From positions 17,546,001 to 17,610,000 of the forward strand of contig CM022679.1 of NCBI GenBank assembly GCA_012295275.1: a stretch of DNA of 64,000 nt, read 5' to 3'. The DNA comes from Chrysomallon squamiferum (lineage: Eukaryota; Animalia; Mollusca). The position numbers and the translations under genes are program-made. The first letter of the stretch is position 1. The number at the start of each line of letters is the position of its first letter. Under the pieces are notes generated by a model. That model was not told where the DNA came from and searched no databases. It was given only the letters and a program-made list of their open reading frames with translations. Positions 12,440 to 26,642 of the stretch are shown piece by piece.

Positions 12440-13660
12440 AATGGCTTGTGTGATGAGTATAGTGATAATACTTTTATTATAAGACTTCACCTTAGGAGAT
12501 ATACTATACATCTACACAATTAACTTTGATTTTAAAATATGTGTTTTGCATTTCTCTTTTTATTTCTGTGACAAGATGGTAAATGTTTTCAGTTTTAGCT
12601 GTAGCAGAGTGTTTCAAAAGCTTTTTTTTTTTTAAGTTTTGATTTTTATTTCTGTTCAGACTCTCCTGCATATATTTCAATAGAGCTTTAGAATAAACAA
12701 AATTAAGGGCTACATCACATGATACAACAAGTCCGGTGGTAATTTTAACAAGCTTAGACAGCATCACTGTCTGAAATCACAAATGAATTTGTCATAAGTT
12801 ATGTGAGGATAGACAGGATTTACTGGCATCGTTTTCATCCCATGTCAGAAGCTTGTTTCTAAATGCATTCCTTGTGTGCATATTTTAGTTCATTTCATGC
12901 ATATTACACATTTATGGCATTCGCTAAGCCTGCTCGCTGCTGGCTAGCAAGAAACCTTCTTTCTGTTATATTCTTTTAATCAAAATTAATAAATTGCTCC
13001 AGAGCAAATTCTGATTAAATGACTGATGGATTGATTCTCATTTATAACTAACTGTTCACGAATCTTAGTATTGTCTGAGGAAGTTCATGTCTATGAGATT
13101 TACTGGCAGCCATCTTATATACTTTTGTCTACGAGCTCCTGTCATTTGTGGTGGACAAATGCATCAAGCAGTTTCTCGTTCTTTCAGTCCTAATGAGCAA
13201 CACAAATCAGCACCATCTCTCTATGCAAGAGAACAAAGTGGATTTAGAATATGCTTGATTTATATATGATGTAAAAGTCTTAAAATCACAGACGATATCA
13301 AGTCTGTGAAGATGATGCTCACTTCCTTATCACTCCGTTTGCACTGTTTGAGTTTGTGTATCAATGTTTCAGCCATATCTGATTTTTTACTAGTAACATC
13401 GCTAATGTCTTCATGGGAGACTCCTGAACAAAATTATATAACTCATGGAAGAACTTAATTATTCTTGGTATTTTACCCCACTGACTAGTAATTGCTATAT
13501 TCTAAATGTATGTTTTTGAACCACCCTAGCAAATTAGTGATACCGCAATTCGATGTTACTGTCGGTTATAAAACATTCCTTGGATGATGCCCAAACTAAA
13601 TCTACCATCAAACCTTTTTGAAAACTTAACATTTCTTTAAATGGCCTATTTTCACAACAT
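12440..13660 (-). mobile_element. Highly degenerate transposase-like relic, family unassigned
   Basis: Broken coding-like, GC-richer sequence (e.g. LVKITTGLVVSCDVA). 13440-13620 has a diverged inverted homolog at 7670-7870. Confidence 0.35.
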
Positions 13661-14029
13661 TTCTGCTTTTATTATCGTTGGAATAACAGGTTAATTTTTT
13701 ACAGATTGACAATAAAAGATGGGTTTAATCACTTTTATATGACTTTATTATATGAGCATTAGTGATTAATCAGCACTGACAACAAAATCGCAGCAAAACA
13801 GACTAAAACCTCTACTGCAAGAATATCTCTTAGTTTCTGTCTATCCAATCAGGATACATTTCCAAACCGCAGCAGCTGTGGTTTCAGACAGCACCCTATA
13901 CTTTAGCGTGCATTCAAAAGACAACATAAAACCGTGACACAACCTCATTTCATATTTTCGAAAGGTGTACGTTGGGAGATCGCATCGGTTTGGAGGAAAT
14001 TTCTTTTAAAGAATAAATATGTGAAAAAA

Positions 14030-14245
14030 ATGGTAAACGTTATGAAAGGAATCTTGGTAGAATGCGATCCGGCTATGAAACAATTTCTCTTGCATTTGGA
14101 TGAAACTAACGCCCTTGGAAAGAAATTTGTTATTCAGGATTTAGATGAGACACATATATTTATATCTTCTGATATAATTGACATTTTACAAGAACAGATA
14201 GATGATTTAATGGATAGATTGTCGTTTCCGCTCGGTGAAAAATAA
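14030..14245 (+). CDS. GTF2H5: General transcription factor IIH subunit 5 (TFB5/p8/TTD-A), intronless, 71 aa
   Basis: [71 protein letters not shown] is a close match to p8/TTDA. The ORF-track start at 13934 is a non-ATG extension. Confidence 0.97.
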   Translation: MVNVMKGILVECDPAMKQFLLHLDETNALGKKFVIQDLDETHIFISSDIIDILQEQIDDLMDRLSFPLGEK

Positions 14246-14862
14246 TCTGGTAAATTTAAGTTCAAAAGTTCAAATTGGTATTACTGTCTACTCATTCAGA
14301 CTTTACGATTTTGGTGACTGAAAAGGTATCTTTATTTTGTTTTTGATATATTTGGTATATATATATATGCATCTGGTAAGTTTTTGATTACGAATAATAT
14401 TTTATTCAAGATAAAAACACAATCACTGAATCAGTACTATTTACTACTAATTTATAATTATCAGCGAAAGTGAAACAAATCCCGATTAAATTGTTTATTT
14501 AATTGGCATTCGCTAGAGACAGACTATATACTTACTTTTCTACTAATCATTAGATCATAGGATCATGGAGATTTGTAAAAATTTGAGCATTTTCAATAGT
14601 GTGTATGTCTCAGTTGGCATTTGTTAATCCAGTCCAGTATCTCACTTCTCAGATATTTATTTTATCAGCAGTATATTGAATAAGCAGCTGTTCGTGACTT
14701 GTAATTATAAGTATGCATACACCACTTGTGAAATAAGTATAAAATTATGTGTGCATGTAGGTTTTTGTAGATTCGTAAATGTGCTGATATAGAAATTGTG
14801 TTTAGAAAAACGTAATTTGTGAAATTTGTTTCCTCCATTTCAGAAATTTCTTTAAAAGAAAA

Positions 14863-17355
14863 ATGGATGAATCTGAGAACATTCCAGATTCATTGCCATA
14901 TCCAAGGTGGAATCACATCAAACGTAGATTTGCACCAAAAGATGACTTTTTCATTGATGGTGATCTTGCATGTGGCTTTGTTGAAAAATATATAGTTTCA
15001 GAATATGTTGACAGTAGTGACAGTGATTCAAGGTACTAAACATTAATTTTTAATTCTTGTGCTATAATTTGTTTCATAATAACATGTGTTCTGTCTTCAT
15101 TAAAAGTGTATTAAATAACTGGCCAGATGGAATTACTTTTGTTAAATTTTTTTTTTTTAATGGTTTAAATATTTATACAGCCCAAAATTTCATTAAATTA
15201 TATGTTTCATTAGATCAGTTCTGTGTTAATGAATTTATGATAGATGTACAACTCTATTGTATATATGTGTTAATTTATTTTACAGAATGTCATCATTTCC
15301 ATGTGGAATTAGTGGCTGCAAAGAAGAATTTGACAGTATCATCAGGTAGATCTGATAAATTTATTTTATGGAATTAATAACTAAGAAAACTGTTTATTTA
15401 TTTGTTTTTTCATTGGATACATTTTATGCTACTACTTTGTAATAAGTAAATATTGTCTTCTCATATTATATGCCTGACTTTATTTTGATTTTATACCATT
15501 ATAACAAACAGTTTGTATGCAATTACATCAGAAATATATGTGTTTAGTTGGTTTATTAATATAAATTTTGTTTCAGTTATGAACATCACTATAAAAGTTT
15601 GCACCTCCATAACTGTTCGGTGTGCAGCAGAAGTTTCCCAACTAATCACCTTCTTAGTATTCACATTCTAGAGTGGCATGATCCAGTGTTTGAAATTAAG
15701 GCAGCAAAACAGGATATGGTAATACTGTTAAATTAAGAGATTGTTATTTCAGTAAAAGATAATTTTGATTTTTCCATATCCATAGTTTATTATGAAAATT
15801 TGAAAAAGAAAATAAATGTTAAACATGATTGATTTTGTATGCTTCTTTTAAAAGAAATTCTTTATGTAAATGATTTTTTTGGTTAATTCATAATTTTGTA
15901 AAAATGTGTTTATTTATAATGAACATACTACTTTAATATAATACAATTAGTGGATCTGGTTTTCTCAATTGATTCTTTTGTTTTTCAAATTTAAGTAATT
16001 AATTAAATAGCTATGTTTATGTTAATGGTTATTGTACACTGGAAGCTGGTTATCACTTTTTGCAACTCAAAAATCCCTGACACACACACACACACACACA
16101 CACACCAACAGGCAATATCATTTATATATTTTGTAAATGTTTTATTACCAGCAGACAGCATTTTAAAACCTTCAGTCACTGTTTTAATGTTATTTATTTT
16201 TAAATTTATAGCATCAGTGCCTGATTGAATCTTGTGCTGAGAAATTCAGGACACCGAAACATAGAAAAAAACACATGATTGAAGTTCATAAATATCCTTC
16301 CAACTATAGATTTGACCAAGCCAAAAAAACAAAGTACGTTGTTAATATGGAAATGGTGTGATTTACATTTAGTTTACTTTTTCCTTCGTCTTCCTTTCTT
16401 TTTCAACTTAATTAAAGTAAAACATTATATTAAAATTAATATATTGATTTGAAACACATTAATGTTAACAAACAAAAAAAAACAAAAAACAAAAAATGAC
16501 ATTATTGGTGATTTTTAAAGAATTTTCTTAAAATAAAACTGTAAAATGTCAATATGCTGATTCGAATTTTATTAACAGTAGTACTAATTTGTTGAAAAAG
16601 TGTTTTGTTTTCTATATTACTGTACTTTTTATAGAGGTGGGATGAACCATAAGTTGTAATACAAATAAATGTTGAAATTATAGATGCAGTATTTCAAAAG
16701 AAAATATTAAATCAGATGACAAGAAGATGGAAATTGATATAAATATTGATCAGACTACTCCAGGAAAACTAGCATCTCATTCAGAGGATACTGCTAAAAA
16801 GAGAACATTCAACTGCAAGTAAGCACAAACACACACACACACACATATGCATACTGACATTATCTTTTACTTGTTGAAGCTCTAATATGACTGTTATTTT
16901 TGAAATATACATATATTTTTGTTTTAACTAGCTAGCTTATTTGGTACCCTTGAACTGATAGTTCAAACATAATACAAGAGTTAATCCATTAGACAAGTAA
17001 AAGGTAATGTGGTTGAGTTGTAGTTTGTTATTACTAGTTATATTACTATGTATAGACACTCTTCTTTAACAAGATCTTTATAGTACTAGCTATTTTGTTT
17101 TGTTCTTTAAATTTATATGTTATATATTTGCCCTGTCTATATAGAAAAGTAATTTCTTAAGTATATTTATCATTTATTTATTGCAGAGTTCCAAAGTCTG
17201 TTTGTTTTGGTAAAGGAACATCAAAAGCATTTCAGCATTTAGGAAGGAAAAAGAAGCACTGGCATCAGGTGGATACAATGGACACTGAAACAGTTGTTCA
17301 CATTGAGAAAATTAACATGAGAGATTTATCAGACGCTCTGTCAGACACTTATTAA
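14863..17355 (+). CDS. ZNF511: Zinc finger protein 511 homolog (3 C2H2-type fingers). Exons 14863-15032, 15286-15345, 15577-15718, 16212-16333, 16684-16818, 17187-17355
   Basis: Spliced translation gives RRFAPKDDFFIDGD...FPCGISGCKEEFDSIISYEHHYKSLHLHNCSVCSRSFPTNHLLSIHILEWHDPVF...QDMHQCLIESCAEKFRTPKHRKKHMIEVHKYPSNYRFD...VPKSVCFGKG. These blocks are characteristic of ZNF511. Exon phases are consistent. Not in the ORF track because the exons are short. Confidence 0.93.
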
Positions 17356-19727
17356 TTGTATTTGCTGAAAAAAGAAATTTCATTGCAGCTAATCTTCTTA
17401 AAATTTGTTTCTGAAAAAAATAAAAGCACATTAATTTAGATAACTAGTTTCTTTGTATTTCAGAAAATTTATCTTGAAGTTAGTTTATCTATATGAAGTT
17501 GTTAATGTTAATGCAAATTACTTGTGTTTAAGCAAATTTAATACATTTATTCATCTATATTTATCCTGCAATCACACAATGTAATGGTGAGATATAATGC
17601 CGTGATAAATTTGTACATTATGACCAAAGATATAACAAGTTATTTCTTGTATCCTGCAATTCTTAATAATACAAAAAAGTAAATGAAATTAATGCTTTAT
17701 TTCTCAACTCAGCATACTCGAAATTAGTAGATTAACATGCATTAATTTTGTTGTTGACTAAGAAAAATACTATACATCAAAATAAAATACATGTAACTCT
17801 TAAATATGAACAATTTGTTACTATTTAAAAATGGACTTTTGTGATCTAAATCATCAGTTAAACACTAAAGAAGTAACTTTGAACAGTATTTGTGCAAGTA
17901 GAAAGTAATTTATTGAGGTAAATTGTTTAAGCCAGTCTCCAAAAATATTGAAATTTATGTATCACATCTTGCCTCTATGTACAATATAAGTTAGCATTTC
18001 AGTGGTTATTTTGTTGCAAATAAAAGTTAACTGAAATGTAATATTATAAATATTCAACTTACAGATTTCTGTCTATAATATTAATGTTTTTAAACACTGC
18101 TTTTCATATTAATTTATTTTTGTTATAAAAAAAAATACCAATAAATTATTCATTATAACATTTTTTATTTTCGTTTTCATTGCAATGTTATAGATACATG
18201 TACATAAATGTATTTATAAATATGTTAATCAAAAAGCCATTATACATACTTTTTCCAACCGCACCTAAAATTTTGGTATGTATTTCACAGAAGCAGTACT
18301 GTAATATAATCAACTTTAATTTAAGTACCTGTGAAAGCTGGTGGTGGAATATACTGTCTAACATGCATTTTGAATTAACTTCCTAATTATAATGTTTTGT
18401 TTGAACAACCATTCTTTGTTGATAATAAAGATGCATTAAAATAATTTAAATGCCATATTTCTCCTTTCCTCAAAACAGAAGAAAACAATTTAGTACATTT
18501 ATGAAAGTAAGTTGATCAGTTTCTTTCTTTAAAGTAATTTCAAGGTTAATAACAGAAATAAATAAAGTTTAACTGACACAGCTAACAAAAAAAAAAAAAA
18601 TAGAAGAAAATTTGTAGGGGCAGATAACTAGATTTGCTGATTAAAGTATATTTTAATGGATGTACTGTAACGAATTATAAAAACTGTTGCCTATAATATT
18701 TACCCACTTAATCTCACTATCATCTTGCACTCCATTATTCTAAACAAAGTTTGAATAAATAATTTATTCATATTCAGTGTTAATAGATATGTTTAAATAA
18801 GTTAGTTTATTTCATTTGTGATTTATCAGTTTATTTTCCCCTTTCTCCTGTCAGATTTAACATGTCTAATCTGTTGATACGACTAATACATTATATGTCA
18901 CTGCTGTGAATAATAGTATCGGTTATTTAGCTATGATGGTGTTTATCTAATTGTAAAAATATGTTTCCAGAAATTAAATTGTTTACCAAACTAACCTATT
19001 GGTGTGTGTGTGTATGGGAAATCATAATAACAATAAAATAATAACAGTAAAACATTATTATGTATAAAATATAAAAAAAAAACAAACAATAAAAGTAAAT
19101 CCCATAACCTATTCAGTCACATGTATACACATTTTGAATGAAAAGGGGTAAATCAATTTTGTGTGTATTTACTAGTAAACCATTTCACTCATTGTTTTTA
19201 ATTTTATATTTTTGTTCCCATGCACCCAACCTAAACTACTGACTGTAGTGACCACAAAAGTGGAAAAAAAACCCAAAAAAACAAACACAAACATGAATAG
19301 CAATACAATAGATTATTCTGTCTAAAGGACTACTATTTAATCGTTATGTTTCATAACATATAAAATAAATAGAAAGAAAAAGTAGGTTAAAATATTTGTA
19401 GGAGCGGCAGTGATAATAAAAGAGTATCGTGACGAGAGAAATCATAATTGTAACAATAATGTATTTCATCGAATACCTTTAATTAAAAGGTTGGTGGCAC
19501 AAGTGCCAAAATACAGCTAAGTAAAGGTCATAATCAAAATTTAATACGAACAGTTACTGTTTACTCGGGGTATGAAGTACATCCTTGACAGAATGACCTA
19601 GAAATTCCAACAGGTTTTAAATAAAAAAATAAAAACTAATGATACCAAATGGGTTTTGCGAAGCACGTCAGATTATAAAAGGAAAGAAAAGTTTCATCGT
19701 TTCAATGTAGCAGACGACACGAGTGAA

Positions 19728-22700
19728 ATGGCTTCAAAGTTAGTGTTGTACATTTTCCCTTTCAGTCCTCCAGCCAGGGCCGCATGGATGACGATCCGAG
19801 CAGTCGATATGCCAGTGGAAATAAAAAATATTGATATTTATAACGGTGAACAGTATAAACCTGAATTTTTAGAGGTAAACAATTTATTTTTTCTGTACTC
19901 TCTCTCATCTTTTGTTTTATATGCTCCTGCAATATTGCCTTTATTCATTTTTTTATGTATAATTTCGCATATTAATTTATATCAAATTGCTTTCGTAATT
20001 TAATAAGTTACAAGTTCCCAGCTCACCTGATGAAAAAGTATTTATTATTTAGTTAGTTCTTTGAATTTTAGTGTTACTTTTCTCTATGTACAAATATGTG
20101 TATGACTGTGTGTATTTATGTAAGTATGCATGCATGCATGCATGTATGTATGTATGTATGTATGTATGTATGTATGTATGTATGTATGTATGTATGTATG
20201 TATGTATGTATGTATTATTATTATTATTAATCTTTTAAGAAATATTTGTGATTTTCTATTCAAATCTATTTAGTTGTGAAATACACGCATAATGCACAAG
20301 CATTTAGTGACTTGGTGTTTTTTTTTGTTATGTTTTTGTTTTACCTTTTTATACTGCTGATCCAGCAAGGCGCAACACCAGTTTGAAACAAAACTGAAGA
20401 ACTGAATTAGCTATTCATGGCCTCTAACACATATTGGAGAAAAAAAGATTAACCTAAAAACAACAACAACAAACCCCTATGAAACATACCATCAAGTACA
20501 AAAAAAAAAATAATAATAATAATAATAAAAATATATAAAATTAATAATAATAAACAAAACTAAACTAAACTAAATAAATAACATTCATTTTCAAACTATC
20601 AATTAAACATTCAGTTTCAAACAAAAAAATAATAGTTTTATTGTAAATACCTTCTTTTTGGCCAGAAACACGTTAACAAATATAATTAAATTGTTTATGT
20701 GGGTACGTCACATCGTGACAGGCGGGATGTTACAAATTAAGTCGGTTAAACGAATTTACGCTAGTGACCTCACAGAAACATCTTCTTTGGCAATAAAGCG
20801 TACAGTTTTTTTATGGACGTCATTTGAAAAGAAATGAAGAAAAAAAAGAAGGTCATTAAAGAGGTTATATGTTATTTACAACCCAAAGGCCATGTCATCG
20901 CATTCCGAAAATAACTAGATATTTTAAGAAGCACTGGTTGACCCACTTACTTTATTTATACACTTCTAAAATAGATATATTATCATCGATGACAGCGAAC
21001 ATCCCATTCACACAAACACACAAATACACAAATAAACTAATAAAATCTATATTTCTTTTTTCAGATAAACCCACAACATACAGTGCCTACACTTGTTGAT
21101 GACAACTTTGTTTTATGGGAAAGGTACATTACTGCTTCCTAATCATTTGTCTCAAATTTTAACATTTACAAACATTCACATGTAAGTAAATTATTTACTT
21201 TCTTTGCAACACAATTAAATATACTGTTGGTAAGTCTCTTTATACTTGTAGTCAGTGTTAAACCCTTTCCTTGTAAGTTAAATATTTTGAACCCAAAACC
21301 TAATTTGTATTGAAAACAATAAAATGATTTGTGTCTGAACTATGATACTTATGTTGTAAAAAGGCTGATAATATGAACAGCATTATTACTATTATGCTTA
21401 GAATATCGCTAATTTATTTGCTTAAAAAAACAAAACAAAATTAACAGATAATTATTCAAACATTTCTGGTTTGTCATCTTTCAGTCGTGCAATCCAGGCG
21501 TACGTGATTGATAAATATGGCAGCGCTAATCAGTCATTGTATCCAAAGGATCTCCAGAAACGAGCTGAGGTGGACCGATTATTAATGTATGATGCAGGCA
21601 CTGTGTGGATTGGAGTTTTGGATAACTGGGTAATTTTCAGACGTAATGTCTATTTTATTTAGTATAATTCTAACATACACTTCTAATTTATTTCTTCTTA
21701 GTATTGCTGCATGGCAGATTTAGAACTAGAGTGCCTATGGGTGGGGGGAGAACTCATTATAGAAATTAAATTATATGATAAATAAAAAATAAAAAAATGA
21801 TTGATATACCACATTGTCTTCGAAAAGACATACGAAGTATTGTAGTGCCATTATTTCTTTAAATTATGCATATCACAGTTAAGTTATACTTTTATTTATT
21901 TATTTATTATTATTATTATTATTATTCTGCTATACACAATATTAATAATTGTATTCATACTAAATAACAGCTGAACAAAAGAGTAATAAAGTATTTTATT
22001 TTCTATATTTTTTATTCGTGATCAGCAACACAAATTTAAAAGGAATCACTACAACAAAGATAGAAACTCGTCTTTGTTTAATGTAAAACCCGTCTATTTC
22101 GCTTACTAATTATAAATATTTTATCAGAGTACTAATTTTTATATGTATATAATCTTAATATTATCAAGTTTCTGTATACAGATAGAATTACAGTAAAATA
22201 CTGACAAATATTACATAAATATTAATAATTATAATCAGTAAATAAACTGTCTTTAACTGGTGATATAAGTTATGTTTGACCATCTGTAATACCATTTAAC
22301 AGGAAAACAAGCAATGACAAACTTTGAAATTTAAGTTGTTGGACCGTCAGACAACAGTACACATTGGAAACTGCAGACACAATGATCTCAGGCATGAGAG
22401 TCCTTGAAGGCAAAATATAATATTCAAACTAGTTTTGATCACAACAGAACAAAAATGTTTGGGTGTAGGTGTTAATTAAAGGGATGTTACCTTATATACA
22501 TTTATTTTCAAGATCATCATAATATTATAAATTCATTTTCTCCAACACAAATATATATATATGATGGTCAAACATATATATTAGAGAAAATTAAATTATT
22601 CTTACGTTAACACTGATATCTTTCTCAGTATGTTACCAATTAATTGTATGTCTGAAGGGCATCAGGAAATAGAAAGTGGCTCCCCAAACTGAATAACTGA

Positions 22701-23202
22701 TTAATTTTTCAAAAATAAAACCAATTTAAAATTATTACATTTATTTTTTTAATTTTATGTCTGGATGTTCACGTTTGTGGAGTGGGTGGGCCAATTGTGC
22801 TTATATATAAAATGAAAAAAAACAACATTTTAAAAATATATTTTTAAGCAATATGAATTTCATTTCCAGGTTACCAAAATACAGGGAAAACCACCACCTT
22901 CACTTGAACGTGAAAAGGCATTTCACGATAGCTTGAACTATCTTGATGGCTTCCTGAAGAACAAAAAATACTTGACAGGAGACGATCTGACAATAGCAGA
23001 CATCAGCATTGGTGCAACACTTTCTTTATGGGAGGGCTTAGATGAAGATTTAAGTAAATGGTGTAACTTGTTAGCTTGGTATTTCAGGTTGAAAACATTG
23101 CCATTTTGGATCGAGTGTAACCAAGGGCTTCTAGACTTGAAAGTGTATTATCAGAAGAAAAAGGCAGAATTAGAAAAAAAAGTATCCAAGACAGTTTCTT
23201 AG
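19728..23202 (+). CDS. Cytosolic glutathione S-transferase, Delta/Epsilon(theta-related) class. Exons 19728-19874, 21065-21123, 21485-21629, 22870-23202
   Basis: FSPPARA (catalytic Ser), [63 protein letters not shown]. Phases consistent. Confidence 0.93.
20120..20229. repeat. (TATG)n/(CATG)n microsatellite followed by (TAT)n in GST intron 1
   Basis: Direct observation. Confidence 0.95.
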
Positions 23203-26200
23203 TTATTTGATTGATTTTATTTGAAGTATGGAATAATCATTATGATGCAGCAATTTTGATTTCTAGCATAGGTATAAAAAAAATTATAAAATTTTTTATT
23301 ATTATAACTTACCATATTCAAGTCTCACATCATTTATCCAGCTTTATAAATTTATTAATTTCCATATGTTAAATTCAACTTCTTTCTTAAATTGAATTAT
23401 TTTTATTTTAAGTATATCTTAAGTAACTGAAAACCTATAAATGCTGGTCATTTTCAGCCCCAAGCTCTCTGAAATAGTGGTTTGGTGCCTTTAATGATAA
23501 TAACAACAAGTTTAAATGTATAATAACAGATTTGGAAATTAAAATATTAAAGTATTGCAAAACCAGTTTAACATTTGGGCACAGAGTAAAAGATTTAGTT
23601 TTGCTTCATTTTGCTAGCTAGCTCACACTTGCTGTCCCTCTCTCTGTTTTAATGTAAAATGAAAGAATTAATCCAATATAACATATCATTCTTAGCAAAG
23701 TATTTAGAATGCAACCAACTTTAAAAACAAGTCCTCCAGTAGTAGGCAATTCTAAATCCCTCTATATTATGATTGCAACCCTCTCAACCACAATCATCCT
23801 AACAAACGTATTTACGTTTTACTACTGTATATTTTTCTTACATTATTATATCTCTATATTACATAGCTGTTATGTGTAATAAAGTTTAATTTTACAGTAA
23901 ATTTTAGGGTTAATGTTCACATTTGCAATTTCCCCCAGACTTTGGCATTTTCTGGATGATGCTCCCTCTTATTAGTCCATGAAATGTTCATGTATGTTTT
24001 ATTTGATACAGAACAATACCTGACTGTAACCTTCTATTAATACATGTTAGTAACATAAACAGGGTGAAAATATTGCTGACCTATACATGTGATCATTATT
24101 TACTTCATAACCAATAAATTAAAAAATAACAAAATTTATTCAGAAAAACTAAAAATGTGTTCTTATCATAAATAGGGTTGCTTTTAGTCAAAACATCATT
24201 ACCTACAGCCCCTTTAACCATGCTAAGAACAATGATGGAATGGCATGGCTAGTGATCATAAAATTCAGGAAGAGCAGATTGATGTCTGTAGGGATATTTG
24301 TGTTTTTGGCTTCTTGATAATCCCCCTTCTCACATCAACAGCAGATGCTAAATTGACAAACTGCCCATATCTCACTGTAGTTCTGATGATGGTGTGTAAG
24401 TTTTGTATCAGTCTTGATGAAGATTTTAGTTCAGTTGTAAGTGTTTTGGCAGAACTATCATATTTTGGTACCATTACATGTCTGTTCAGAATTAGAAAAA
24501 ACTGCTGAAAATGTTCTTATTATGCAATAAACAAATGTTACTGCCATTTCCACTACTGGCACATATTGCCCCAAAATGTTGGCACAACAAAACATTTACA
24601 AACCTCCACCACAAATCCTGTGGTATTAATATTGTCCACACATATGAAGATCTTGCTCTTTGAGGCTCACTACTCATTTTTTGGAGATGTTGATTCCTTG
24701 GACTCCAGGTTGACGTAACTGGAAAATGGCACAACTTATCACCTCCTCCCCTAGTCCATCTATTTTTGCAGTATTGTTCTCTTTTATTTAGCTCGTTTTT
24801 CAAAACATTCTTTTTCTTGATACCTGATTATCTATTAAACAAAAATGCTAAATTCTTTGTGTGTGTTTATGTCTAATGATCTGACCAGGAGGGGGTCGCC
24901 AAACGATTTGGCTCCTATTCAGGGCAGCCAGAATACATGCTACACTGTTATTAAAATAACATATTTTATTTTAATACTTTAATTTATTTATTTTATACAA
25001 GCCTCTAAATGTGTATTTAATAAATAATTTTTTTTGCTATTTACATAAACAAGTTAAAGATCAATTTTACCAATAAATGTATAATTATAAACAAATGCTG
25101 TGTTTCACATCAATAAAATTATAATAATATAAATGCTAATTTAAAAAAATATATATATAAAATAAAAAAGATTTTATCTAGCCTGACACACAAGTTTGAT
25201 GCAATTGAGTTTTTATTTTAGTGTGGTAAACAATATCAACAACAACAACAATAATAACAAAAGGGTTGAAAAGGTTAAAATAGATTTTGAAACAGTATGA
25301 ATAAACAGTAATTATTTCATATGCATAAAGAAATTTCACTTTATGAAATTATTTTTTTAAGAGTCAACAAACTGCTGTATTTGTTCAAACGCAGGGGCAG
25401 ATTATGTTTTATGTAAGGGTGGGGTTTCCAAAACAATTTGTAAATGTTTGTAATTTGAAATTATAAATTTTATAGGATATTTGATATATATGTATATATA
25501 TATAATAGATATAAAAAGACAAAACCTGTCCAAATCAAGTGAGAATATGTTTTCTGACATAAACATTATATCAGCAGTTGTCAACAACAAGTACGATAAA
25601 ATTGATTGGACTGGAAGAACAGGTAACAATAAATTCTGGTAAAGGAAATAATCACTGGGTTAGGTACAAACAGCAACTAAAAAATCACTATTGGACCGAA
25701 GTCATAGTTTTGTTCACATCCCACAAAGCATAACTTTTTTAACAGCACTTCTTAAACATAAAATGGAATTAGCTGGGTTTTTTAAAGATTCACGAGGAGA
25801 CAAATTACTGTTCACAGAAAATTTAGGTTTGACATTCCATTGTTGAAAGATAAGTCCTGAAATAGTTAAAATTTACCAAGATATATATGAAAATGTTCAA
25901 AATTTAATAGGTTATTTCAATAAATAAAATGTGTCTGTTATGAAATGAAATGTTATTACCTTCAAAACGGCAATGAAACTGGTTGACAATGTATCGGCAA
26001 CTGTCATTTTATCAAGACAAAATTACTGCCTGGGTTCACACATAACAATTAGACAAATAATTTGGAATAAATGTTGAAGCAGGCAAAAGTAAAGAGAGAA
26101 CTAAAGTAATTTCCACAAAACATGTCAATCGGTGCAGCAGTGACATTAGAAAAACCATGAAGGAGTAATATTTTAACTCGCAGACAAAATACAACAATAT

Positions 26201-26598
26201 CAGATCCTGTCATAGCATACAAGAAAAAATCCAGGTTAAAAGAACATTTTACTCTGCACAATTTTCAGAACAATCCTCTTAGAACCTGAATAAATACATG
26301 TTCACAAATGTTTTATGAATAATTATATTAAAAGGTAAGGAAATGCTTTGAAATGTTTCCAAGCATATACTTTTCCAAGAACACTTTTACAGATGCAGAA
26401 AAAGGTTTTTGAAATAATGTATTGATATTTTACATATTTTAAAATAAAATGGTAAAATAATATGAAGCCAAAAACAACCCATTTTGAATTAATTACCCTT
26501 AAAACTAACCGGACTAAAGGACAATGTAATAAATACAATCAACAATGTTCAAAATATATATATAATATATACTCACTGACATTAATACATAGTAATTC

Positions 26599-26642
<44 letters not shown>

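Noticed and set aside
24245-24803. Overlapping ORFs in a GC-richer patch
   Set aside because: No coherent exon structure or family motif; probably a decayed transposon fragment that I cannot assign.
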